Below are positions 31,138-39,879 of a stretch of 64,000 nucleotides of DNA, one piece after another. Source of the stretch: an uncultured Eubacteriales bacterium. Its GTDB lineage: Bacteria > Acidobacteriota > Aminicenantia > Aminicenantales > Saccharicenantaceae. Below the pieces are notes generated by a model, which was not told where the DNA came from, did no database searches, and saw nothing but the letters and a program-made list of their open reading frames with translations. Made by a program: the position numbers and the translations under genes. Numbering within the stretch: the stretch's first letter is position 1; the number at the start of each line of letters is the position of its first letter. The stretch is from NCBI GenBank assembly GCA_964525875.1, contig CAZGJS010000010.1, positions 38,168 to 102,167 on the forward strand. The letters run 5' to 3'.

Positions 31138-32562
31138 TCAAGCGGCTTTCAGCCAACCGCGCTCGATTTCTTCGAGTGATTTCCCTTTTGTTTCAGGCAG
31201 GAAGAACCACATAAAGGCGAGGCCCAAGGCGCACATCGCCGCGTAGAGCCAGAAGGCTGTCGAGGCGTGGAACTTATCCGAGATCACCGGGAACGTCAGG
31301 GTGACGGCGAAATCGGCCAGCCAGAGGACGAGGGTGGCCAGGCCCATGGCGCTACCCCGGACCTTGATGGGGAAGATCTCGGCCATGACGACCCAGACGA
31401 GCGGCCCCATGGCCGAGGCGAAGAAGGCGATGTAGAGGAGGATGATGAGGAGCAGGGCCGAGGCCGGCAGGACCGGGAACCTGAACGCGGCCCCGAGCAG
31501 GACGAGGGAGACGCCCATGCCGCCGGTGGCGATGAGCAGGAGCGGCCGGCGGCCGACCCGGTCGGCCAGGACTATGGCCACGACCGTGAAGAGCATGTTG
31601 ACCAGGCCGACGATCGTCGACTGGCCGATGGCCGACATCCGGGCGAAGCCGGCGCCCTCGAAGATGCGTGGGGCGTAGTAAAGGATGGCGTTGATGCCCG
31701 TGACCTGCTGGATGACCGCCAGGACAACGGCGATGAGGAGGGGCCGCCGGAAGGCCGGCCGGAAGAGCTCGCCGAAGGAGCCCTTTTCCAGGGCTAGGGT
31801 TTCCTTGATGTCCTGGATTTCTTTGGCCGCGATCTCGGCCGTGCTGACCCTAGCCAGGACGCGGCCGGCCTCCTCCTCGCGGCCGTTCTTGACCAGCCAG
31901 CGCGGGCTCTCCGGGACGCGCAAGAGCAGCAGGAAGAAGAGGACCGAGGGAATGGCGCCCATGGCGTACATCCAGCGCCAGTTCGACGGGCCGGACCCGG
32001 CGAAGACCCAGTTGACGAAGTAGGCTAGGAGGATGCCGGTGACGATGGCCAACTGGTTGACCGAAACGAGCGCGCCCCGGATGCGGGCCGGCGCGATCTC
32101 GGCGATGTAGAGCGGCGAGAGGACGGCCGCCGAGCCGATGCCCAGGCCGCCGACGAACCGGAAAATGACGAATTGCGTGATCGTCCGCGGCAGGGCGCAG
32201 CCGACGGCTGAAACGAGGAAGAGGACGGCCGAGATGAGCATGAACCTCCGCCGCCCGATCCGGTCGCTGATGGGGCCGGCCAGGCCGGCGCCGAACATGC
32301 AGCCAATGAGGACGACGCTGACGGCCCAGCCCTCCTGGAGCGAGTTGAGCGAGAACTGATCCTTCATGTAGCGCGTGGCGCCGGCGACGATGGCCGTGTC
32401 GAAGCCGAAGATGAGGCCGCCGATCGCGGCGACCAGGGTGACGGCGATGACGTAAAGGCTGGTCTTCTTGAGGAAAGAGGGACTGTCCCGTTCAGAGGGA
32501 CAGTCCCCTTTGGGGACAGTCCCTCTGAACGGGGCTGTCCCTCTTGTGCTATTTCCGGCCAT
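31138..32562 (-). CDS. Sugar porter family MFS transporter
   Basis: GGLIFGFDT, DRIGRR, PESPRWL, QQVTGINAILYY, PETKGKSLEEIE. Confidence 0.95.
   Translation of the reverse strand: MAGNSTRGTAPFRGTVPKGDCPSERDSPSFLKKTSLYVIAVTLVAAIGGLIFGFDTAIVAGATRYMKDQFSLNSLQEGWAVSVVLIGCMFGAGLAGPISDRIGRRRFMLISAVLFLVSAVGCALPRTITQFVIFRFVGGLGIGSAAVLSPLYIAEIAPARIRGALVSVNQLAIVTGILLAYFVNWVFAGSGPSNWRWMYAMGAIPSVLFFLLLLRVPESPRWLVKNGREEEAGRVLARVSTAEIAAKEIQDIKETLALEKGSFGELFRPAFRRPLLIAVVLAVIQQVTGINAILYYAPRIFEGAGFARMSAIGQSTIVGLVNMLFTVVAIVLADRVGRRPLLLIATGGMGVSLVLLGAAFRFPVLPASALLLIILLYIAFFASAMGPLVWVVMAEIFPIKVRGSAMGLATLVLWLADFAVTLTFPVISDKFHASTAFWLYAAMCALGLAFMWFFLPETKGKSLEEIERGWLKAA
32475..32545. repeat. Family B palindrome (four GGGRCWGTCCC units) inside the sugar porter CDS
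   Basis: aagagggactgtcccgttcagagggacagtcccc-ttt-ggggacagtccctctgaacggggctgtccctctt. Confidence 0.85.
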
Positions 32563-33814
32563 TGTATTCACCTATCGCCGCGAACATCGCGACGATGTTC
32601 GCGACCGGGACGTTGGCCTGGATGTTGTGGACGGAATTGAAGACGAATCCGCCGCCCCGGCCGAAGACTTCGCACCGCTCGATGACTTCGGCCCGGACCT
32701 CCGCCGGGGCGCCGAAGGCGAGCGTCTTCTGGGTGTCGACGCCGCCGCCCCAGAAGACGATGTCCCGCCCGTATTTTTCCTTGAGGTTCCGGGCGTCCAT
32801 GCCGGCGGCCGAGACCTGGACGGGGTTGAGGATGTCGAAGCCGCTCTCGATGAAGGCCGGGATGAGCGTTTCGACGGCGCCGCAGGAATGCTTGAAGGTC
32901 TTCCAGGACGTGTGCCGGTGGACCCAGTCGTTGATCCGCTTGTAGTAGGGCATGTAGAGCTCGCGGAAGGCGGCGACGGAACAGAAGGTCGACCGCTGGG
33001 TGCCGAAGTCCGTTCCGCAGAGGAAGGCGGCCTGGACCCTGTCGCCGACCCGGGCGTGGATCTTTTCGAGGTTTCGGAGGGCGATCTCCGTCTGGCGTTC
33101 GAAGATCCTGTGGATGAGGGGCCGCCGGGTCAGCGTCGAGACGTACCACTCCTCGACGTCGCGGATGCCCTTCGGGTGCCTGAGGAACGGGGCGGGAACG
33201 AGGGCGATATCGCCCAGGGCGGTGCCGCCGAAGCTGGCGATAACCCCCCGTCCTGTCGCGGCCGCCCGGCGGCTTTCCGCCTCGAAGTGGTCGAGCGCGG
33301 CATCGGAAACGGGGCCGAATTCCTCGAGGTTATCCTCCGGGTCGAGTTTGGCCTCGTCGATGGGCCCCTGCCGAACGATGGTATCGAAAAAAAAGCCGTT
33401 CTTCGGCAGGCGGCCGGAGGGCGGGGCGGTGACGTCGCCCTTGGGGTAGATCAGGGTGTCGCCGTTCGCGTCGCGCGTGACCCGGAAATTCTCCGAGACG
33501 AGGACCTCGGTCCCGTCGTCCATGCGCCAGGGCTTCCAGTTCTCATTACGGAAGCCGAACATCGTTTCGGGGCCGTAGACACCCTCGACGTCGAGCCCGA
33601 GCGCGGCCTGGAGGTCCTCGTCGATCCAGCCGAGCATCTGATAGGGCTCGTGGACCCGGACCAGCCGTTTGGCGAGGCCGTAATGCTCGCGGAGGCCGAT
33701 GACGCACTTGACGTGCATGCCGGTGACGGCCGTGCCGTTGAAGTCGACGGGGATGCGGTCGGGTTGGCGGTGGTTGAGGGCGGCCTCCAGGCGTTCCCGG
33801 CTTGTCATCGTCAT
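32549..33814 (-). CDS. UroD/MtaA-fold (methyltransferase-like) protein
   Basis: MTSRERL..ALNH..PDRIP, GTDFGTQ, KHSCG, FWGGGVDTQ, HNIQANVP. Start 33814 after GAGGAGG. Confidence 0.88.
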   Translation of the reverse strand: MTMTSRERLEAALNHRQPDRIPVDFNGTAVTGMHVKCVIGLREHYGLAKRLVRVHEPYQMLGWIDEDLQAALGLDVEGVYGPETMFGFRNENWKPWRMDDGTEVLVSENFRVTRDANGDTLIYPKGDVTAPPSGRLPKNGFFFDTIVRQGPIDEAKLDPEDNLEEFGPVSDAALDHFEAESRRAAATGRGVIASFGGTALGDIALVPAPFLRHPKGIRDVEEWYVSTLTRRPLIHRIFERQTEIALRNLEKIHARVGDRVQAAFLCGTDFGTQRSTFCSVAAFRELYMPYYKRINDWVHRHTSWKTFKHSCGAVETLIPAFIESGFDILNPVQVSAAGMDARNLKEKYGRDIVFWGGGVDTQKTLAFGAPAEVRAEVIERCEVFGRGGGFVFNSVHNIQANVPVANIVAMFAAIGEYNGRK

Positions 33815-33867
33815 GGCAGGCCTCCTCGATTTTCCCCAGATTACCCATTTTGCTCCCGGTTTGCAAC

Positions 33868-33907
33868 GGGGACACGTACCACTTCTCTCGAAGCGGTACA
33901 TGTCCCC
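33868..33907. repeat. Family A palindrome
   Basis: ggggacacgtaccacttc-tctc-gaagcggtacatgtcccc. Confidence 0.8.
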
Positions 33908-33962
33908 CCTCTTATACGAGACCTCTGAACCGCCACCATCGCTGCCATGAGCAGCGGCCGGG

Positions 33963-35324
33963 TCAGCGCTCGGGCTCGTCACGGGCGGGGACGGTCGGCG
34001 CCTGGCGATGGCTGACACGCCGCATCAGCAGGAAGACCGGAAAACCGGCGGCGAAAAAGATCGCGCCGTAGAGAGCTTCGCGCGTCTGGGTCACAAGGAC
34101 GTTGACCGCGATGACGAGCATGAAGGCTACGAAGAGGAGGGGGAGCAGGGGATAGAGAGGTATCCGGTAGCCGGTGTAGACTTCGCCGGAGCGGCGCGCC
34201 TTGCGCCGGAGGATGAAGATCGAAGACGAAACGATAGCCAGGGTCATGGTGTCGAGGAACATGACGTAGTTGACGATGTTCTCGAATGTGCCCAGGAGGA
34301 AGATTGAGATGAGAATGATGGCGCCGAGGAAGAGGAGCCCGAAAGCCTGGGTCTGGGTTTTCGGGTTGACCTTCTGGAAAACGGCCGGCAGGGTCCGGTC
34401 CTCGGCCATGGAGTAGTACACTCGTGGGATCTGCATCAGGGTGACGTTGAGGAATCCCATGGCCGAGAGGAAGATGGCCAGGGAGACGACGAGCCGGCCT
34501 GTCTCGCCGAAGGTGACACGCGCCGTTTCGGCGGCGACGAGTTTGGCCGCTGCGATGCCGGGAACGCCGAGGGTCTTGACGTAGGCCACGTTGATGGTCA
34601 GGTAACAGGCCAGGACGATGAGGATGCCGAAGAAGATGGCCCGGGGGACGTTGCGTTTGGCGTCGCGGACGTCGGCCCCGAAGTTGATGGTGTTCTGGTA
34701 GCCGCCGTAGGCGTAAAAAACGTAGATGAACGAAACGCCCAGGGCCAGGATCCAGGGCCGGTCGAGGGGCAGGGCGGACGGGCCCGCGGGCGCTTTCTTG
34801 GACAGGAAAGCCGCCGCCGTGAGGAGGCCGATCATGCCGACCTTCAGGAGGCTGAGGACGTTCTGGGCCCAGGCGCCCGTCTTGATGCCGAGGTAGTTGA
34901 TGACGAGCAGGACGAGGATGAGGACGACGGCGGTCGCCTGGACGGTCGCCCGTCCCGGGGTGGTGGCGGGGAAGATGATGGGCGTCAGGTATTCGGCGCC
35001 GATCAGGGTTACGGCCGCCGCACCGGCCCCGTTGAGGATGACGACGTTGGTCCAGTTGAGCATGAAGGCCAGGCCCGAGCTGTAATTCTCGGCCACGACC
35101 TTGTAGTAGCCGCCCGGCTTGGCGAAACGTCCGCCTATCTCGGCGAAGGTCAGGGCGCCGATGAAGCTGATGAGACCGCCCAGGGCCCAGGCGGCGTAAA
35201 AGAGTGCGGGCGTGCGGGCCGCGGCGGCGACCATGGCCGGCGTCCGGAAGATGCCGATGCCGATGATCAGGCTGACGACGATCATCGTCGCGTCGAAGGT
35301 GGTCAGTTTCGCCTTGATCGCCAT
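33963..35324 (-). CDS. APC-family amino acid permease
   Basis: IIGIGIFRTP, FAEIG, YAYGGY, NVPRAI, about 12 TM helices. Confidence 0.92.
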   Translation of the reverse strand: MAIKAKLTTFDATMIVVSLIIGIGIFRTPAMVAAAARTPALFYAAWALGGLISFIGALTFAEIGGRFAKPGGYYKVVAENYSSGLAFMLNWTNVVILNGAGAAAVTLIGAEYLTPIIFPATTPGRATVQATAVVLILVLLVINYLGIKTGAWAQNVLSLLKVGMIGLLTAAAFLSKKAPAGPSALPLDRPWILALGVSFIYVFYAYGGYQNTINFGADVRDAKRNVPRAIFFGILIVLACYLTINVAYVKTLGVPGIAAAKLVAAETARVTFGETGRLVVSLAIFLSAMGFLNVTLMQIPRVYYSMAEDRTLPAVFQKVNPKTQTQAFGLLFLGAIILISIFLLGTFENIVNYVMFLDTMTLAIVSSSIFILRRKARRSGEVYTGYRIPLYPLLPLLFVAFMLVIAVNVLVTQTREALYGAIFFAAGFPVFLLMRRVSHRQAPTVPARDEPER

Positions 35325-35384
35325 GCGGCCTCCTTCACGAAGACCTCATTGTACTTGGCGGTGTGCGTTTTACAAGGGGGCAGC

Positions 35385-35534
35385 TAACGCCACCCTCTTT
35401 AGCTGGGACGGGGGACCATCCATTTCCCCCGGCCCCCCGGGAACGAGTCCCGGCGGTTCCCCCGCCGCAAGCGGCGGGTCCCCTTCCGCTACAGGGTCTC
35501 TGGATGGCCCCCCATCCCGGCACGGGTGGCGTTA
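35385..35534 (-). repeat. Structured dispersed element family D, copy 2
   Basis: 11-bp terminal IR taacgccaccc/gggtggcgtta and the same conserved core as copy 1. Confidence 0.88.
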
Positions 35535-35549
35535 AACAGGCCTCGACCT

Positions 35550-36767
35550 TCAGGCGAGTTGTTTGACGGCCCGTTCGATGCGCTCCAGGGCCTCGACGAG
35601 AAGGGCCCGGGGACAGCCGAAGTTGATGCGGACGAAGCCGGCGGCCTCGGAGCCGAACAGCGCGCCGTCGCTGAAATAAACGCGGGCCTTCTTCAGGAAA
35701 AAGTTGTTGAGCGCGGCAGGCTCGAGGCCGAGACCCCGGCAGTCGAGAAGGGCGAGGTACGTCCCCTCGGGTCGGACGAGGCGGATCCCGGGGAGACGCT
35801 CCTGGAAGAACCTCTCCATGAGTTCGACGTTGGCCTCGAGGTAGGGCAGGAGCTCCCCGAGCCAGTCCTCGCCATGGGTGTAGGCCGCTTCGAAACCGAC
35901 GATACCGAAGACCTGGCCGAGCTCGAAGCCGGCCCGCTCCGTCTCGTCCTTGAAGGCCTCGAGGAGCTTGGGATTGGAGGCGATCACCACCGCCGTGGAC
36001 AAGCCCGGGATGTTGAAGGTCTTGCTCGGGGCGATGCAGGTCAGCGTCCGGTTCGCCAGCTCCGGAGAAAGCGCGGCCAGGACGTGGTGCCGGTGGCCGC
36101 GATAGACGAGGTCGTGGTGGATCTCGTCGGAAATGATCAGGAGGTCGCGCGCGACGGCGATGCGGCCGAGGGCCTCGAGCTCTTCCCGCGACCAGACGCG
36201 GCCAACGGGGTTGTGGGGGCTGCACAGTATGAGCGTGCGGCTGCCGCTGTCGATCTTTCTCTCGAGGTCGTCGAGGCCCATCGTGTAACGGCGGCCGTCG
36301 AACCGGAGGGGGTTGCGGACGACGCGACGGCCGTTGTTCTCGATCGCGTAATAGAACGGATGATAGACCGGCGTCTGGATGATAATCCCCTCGCCCGGCT
36401 TGGTCAAGGCGCGGACGCAGTAGTTGAGGGCGGGGACGACGCCCGGCGATTTGGCCATCCAGTCCTTGCGCACTTCCCAGCCGTGACGCCTGCCGAGCCA
36501 GTCGACGGCGGACTTCCAGAATGACGGGGGGATGAGGGGATAGCCGTAGATGCCGTGTGCGGCGCGTCGGCTGATGGCTTCGACAACCGCGGGCGGCGCC
36601 TCGAAGTCCATGTCGGCCACCCACATCGGGATGGCGTCCTCGACCTTGAGGACCTTGCGGGGATAGACCCACTTCAGGGATTCGGTGCCCGTCCGGTCGA
36701 CGACCTTGTCAAATGGGGACACAATACCAATTTCCGAATTTCCCTTTGTTCCCTTCAGTTCAGGCAT
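35550..36767 (-). CDS. MalY/PatB family PLP-dependent C-S lyase/aminotransferase
   Basis: PMWVADMDF, LCSPHNPVGRVW, SDEIH, APSKTFNIPG, RINFGCPR. Confidence 0.93.
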   Translation of the reverse strand: MPELKGTKGNSEIGIVSPFDKVVDRTGTESLKWVYPRKVLKVEDAIPMWVADMDFEAPPAVVEAISRRAAHGIYGYPLIPPSFWKSAVDWLGRRHGWEVRKDWMAKSPGVVPALNYCVRALTKPGEGIIIQTPVYHPFYYAIENNGRRVVRNPLRFDGRRYTMGLDDLERKIDSGSRTLILCSPHNPVGRVWSREELEALGRIAVARDLLIISDEIHHDLVYRGHRHHVLAALSPELANRTLTCIAPSKTFNIPGLSTAVVIASNPKLLEAFKDETERAGFELGQVFGIVGFEAAYTHGEDWLGELLPYLEANVELMERFFQERLPGIRLVRPEGTYLALLDCRGLGLEPAALNNFFLKKARVYFSDGALFGSEAAGFVRINFGCPRALLVEALERIERAVKQLA

Positions 36768-36853
36768 GCTCTAGCCTCTCGATTCTCAAATTCGAATTAT
36801 CCCTGAGCCTGAAACAGCCTAACGGGAAATTCGGAAATTGGTATTGTGTCCCC
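36715..36853. repeat. Family A MITE-like element with perfect 30-bp IRs
   Basis: ggggacacaataccaatttccgaatttccc (36715-36744) and its exact reverse complement (36824-36853), with a 79-nt spacer. Confidence 0.88.
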
Positions 36854-36856
36854 GAT

Positions 36857-37804
36857 TTAAATGAGGAACTTGCCGTTCTTGGCGATGGTCTTGCCCTTGG
36901 CCTTGATCGTCACCTTGTCGACCAGGGCGTCGAAGTGGTACTTGCTCTTGTTCTTCCCGATGCCGTAGGAGTCGCCGATGGCGAAGTGGACCGTGCCGAA
37001 GGCCTTCTCGGCCTCGAGCATGTTGGGGCAGATCCGGGCGCCCTTGTTCGTGCCGATACCGAACTCGCCGATGATCTTCCCCGTCTCGTCCGAGCCGATC
37101 GTTGCGATGACCTCGGCGATGCCCTTGCCCTTGAAGTCGACGAGCTTGCCGCGCTTGAACGTCATCACGCCGGATCCGAGCTTGTCGTCGATGAGGCTGA
37201 TGGCGATCGTCCCGGTGAACGTCTCCTCGACGGGGGCCGTGTAGCACTCGCCGGCCGGCAGGTTCCCGTGCATGCCCTTCCGGCTGATGTTGCCGTTGTC
37301 GTTGTGCCAGGCCCGGCCCTTGACGCTGAAGGCGATCCGTGTGCCGGCCGGGTTCTCGACGACGACGTCCTCGGCGTCCTTCATGGCCCGCATGACCTTC
37401 TTCGTGAACTTGTCCATCTCCGAGAAGTCGACGTTGACGAGGCGTTCCATCATGTCCCGGGTCAACCCGGGCATCATGCAGATCCGGCCGTGCTTGCCGC
37501 CCTCGGAGACCATGAAGCCGCGGAAGGGCTTTTCCGGGAAGCGGCCTTCGAGGAGATAGGTCGTGGCCGAGGCGTTTCGAATGAGGTCCTTGAACTGGCC
37601 GGTCGGTTCGGTTATGGGCCTGAGTGTCTCGGTCATGAGGTAGGTCGTCGTCTCGGCGCCGGCCTGCTTCGCGTAGTAGGCCAGGGCCTCGGCGATGTCC
37701 ATTTTCTGCTTATCCGTGATGAGAAGGTATTTCTCGCCGGGTTTGAGCCGCAGGGCCTGGTTGATGGCCCGGGCGGCCGCCGAGTAGAGTCTATTCGTTT
37801 TCAT
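36857..37804 (-). CDS. Aminopeptidase (M29/thermophilic metallopeptidase-like)
   Basis: GNLPAGECYTAP, IGEFGIGTN, EKAFGTVHFAIG, HFD. Confidence 0.88.
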   Translation of the reverse strand: MKTNRLYSAAARAINQALRLKPGEKYLLITDKQKMDIAEALAYYAKQAGAETTTYLMTETLRPITEPTGQFKDLIRNASATTYLLEGRFPEKPFRGFMVSEGGKHGRICMMPGLTRDMMERLVNVDFSEMDKFTKKVMRAMKDAEDVVVENPAGTRIAFSVKGRAWHNDNGNISRKGMHGNLPAGECYTAPVEETFTGTIAISLIDDKLGSGVMTFKRGKLVDFKGKGIAEVIATIGSDETGKIIGEFGIGTNKGARICPNMLEAEKAFGTVHFAIGDSYGIGKNKSKYHFDALVDKVTIKAKGKTIAKNGKFLI

Positions 37805-37822
37805 GTGTGAACTCCGTTTTCC

Positions 37823-39826
37823 TTATTTTGTCCGGCGCGCGTCCCAGTAGACGAAGCCGCAGAGGAGGAGGAACGCGGCCAGGCTGATGATCTGGCCGTA
37901 GCCCGTGAACCAGGCCGCGGGCGTGCCGTCGACCCAGCGGCCGCCCTCGAGGACCATCGGGACTCCCAGGCTGATGAGGTGGTCGAGCTTCGTGAGCTTG
38001 AGCACGGCCAGGACGATGCCCATCAGGGCGCCGCCGGCGATGAACCCGGAGGAGATGAGCGTGCCGCGGTTGTTGCGCCGCTCGCCGAGTTCCTTGTTCT
38101 TCGTCGACTTTTTGACCAGGTGGGAGATGAAGCCGCCGACGAGAAGCGGCGTCGTCAGCGGCAACGGCAGGTACATGCCCAGGGCGAAAGCCAGAGGCGG
38201 CACCTTGGCCAGCTCGGCCACGAGGGCCACCGAGGCCCCGATCGCGTAGAGGAGCCAGGTCACGGGCTCGCGCGACATCATCGACTTGATGACGGTCGCC
38301 ATCAGGTTCGCCTGGGGAGCGGCCAGCGTTCCGCTCTGGAAGGAGAAGGCCTTGTCCAGGATGTAGATGGCGATGCCCACGGTCAGGGCCGAGATCAGGA
38401 CGCCGGCGAACTTGTACCTCTCCTGGTTGCGCGGCGTCGCCCCGAGCCAGTAGCCGATCTTGAGGTCGGTGACGAAGCTCCCGGAGATCGACAGGGCCGT
38501 GCAGACGACCGCGCCGATGAGGAGGGCGACGGCCATCCCCTGTTCCCCCGACAGCCCCGCCCCGAGGAGGACGACGCTCGAAAGGATGATCGTGATCAGG
38601 GTCATGCCCGAGACCGGGTTCGTCCCGACGATGGCGATGGCGTAGGCGGCGACCGTGGTGAACAGGAACGAGAGGATGACGCAGATCAGGACGCCGACGA
38701 TGGCCAGCTTGAGGTTCGAGATCCAGAGGAAGTAGAAAAAGAGGCCGGCGGCCGTGGCCAGAAGCCCCAGGATGATCGTCTTCATCTTGATGTCGCGGTT
38801 AGTCCTCAGCTCCGCGGCCGCGCCCGCTCTCTTGCCCTTGAAGATCTCGCGGAATCCCAGAGAGAACGACTTGATCATGACCGGCATGGACTTGATGATG
38901 CCCAGGACGCCGGCCATGAAGATGGCGCCGATGCCGATGTTGCGGACGTAGGTGCTGAAGATCTGGGTCTCGCTCATCCCCGCGATGGGGACGACGGCCG
39001 GGTAGACCACCCCGGGGACGTGTTGGCCGAGGAACCAGATGGCCGGGATGAAGGCGAAGTGCGACAGCAGCCCGCCGGCGACAATGACGGCGTTGTAGCG
39101 CAGGCCGATGACGTAGCCGAGGCCGAGGAAGGCCGAGAGGGCGTCGAGTTTGAGGACCATCTTGGTCTTGACGGCCAGATCGTCCATGAACGGCAGGAAG
39201 CGGAAGTTGATGAGCTCGTCCCAGGCCCGGACGCCGATGGCCAGGAACTCGTAAACGCCGCTGACGGCGACGCCCAGGATCAGGGCCCAGGCCTGCTTGC
39301 CGCCGGACTCGCCGGAAACCAGGATCTCGGTCGTGGCTGTGGCCTCCGGGAAGGGCAGCTTGCCGTGCTGTTCCTGGCAGAAATAGCGCCGCAAGGGGAT
39401 GAGGAAAAGAATGCCGAGGCAGCCGCCGAGGAACGTCGACAGGAAGATCTTGACGATGTCCGTCGGCAGGCCCAGGATGTAGAGCGCCGGGATTGTGAAA
39501 ATGGCCCCGGCCACCAGGGCCCCAGAGGCGGCGCCGATCGACTGGATGATGACGTTCTCGAGGATCGTGCTTTTCCTTTTATACACGTAGCCGATGCCGA
39601 CGGCCAGGATGGCCACGGGGATGGCGGCTTCGGGCACGGTGCCGACCTTGAGCCCTAGGTAGGCGATGGAAAAAGTGAAGAAGAGCGACATGAACAGGCC
39701 CCAGAGGACGGAGCGGACAGTGACCTCAGGGACGGCTGACTCGGCCGGGACGTAGGGCTTATAGACCTCCCCGGGAGCGAGCTCCCGGTAGGCCTCGGGC
39801 GGGAGGGATTTCGTAGACGTCTCCAT
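37823..39826 (-). CDS. OPT-family oligopeptide transporter
   Basis: YLGLKVG, LPFPEATA, NPVSGMTL, DLKIGYWLGATP, APQANLM. Confidence 0.93.
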   Translation of the reverse strand: METSTKSLPPEAYRELAPGEVYKPYVPAESAVPEVTVRSVLWGLFMSLFFTFSIAYLGLKVGTVPEAAIPVAILAVGIGYVYKRKSTILENVIIQSIGAASGALVAGAIFTIPALYILGLPTDIVKIFLSTFLGGCLGILFLIPLRRYFCQEQHGKLPFPEATATTEILVSGESGGKQAWALILGVAVSGVYEFLAIGVRAWDELINFRFLPFMDDLAVKTKMVLKLDALSAFLGLGYVIGLRYNAVIVAGGLLSHFAFIPAIWFLGQHVPGVVYPAVVPIAGMSETQIFSTYVRNIGIGAIFMAGVLGIIKSMPVMIKSFSLGFREIFKGKRAGAAAELRTNRDIKMKTIILGLLATAAGLFFYFLWISNLKLAIVGVLICVILSFLFTTVAAYAIAIVGTNPVSGMTLITIILSSVVLLGAGLSGEQGMAVALLIGAVVCTALSISGSFVTDLKIGYWLGATPRNQERYKFAGVLISALTVGIAIYILDKAFSFQSGTLAAPQANLMATVIKSMMSREPVTWLLYAIGASVALVAELAKVPPLAFALGMYLPLPLTTPLLVGGFISHLVKKSTKNKELGERRNNRGTLISSGFIAGGALMGIVLAVLKLTKLDHLISLGVPMVLEGGRWVDGTPAAWFTGYGQIISLAAFLLLCGFVYWDARRTK

Positions 39827-39879
39827 TGCGGTCTCCTTTCTAAGTTCGTTTGTATCGGGCGAAACTCAGGCGGTGAGAC

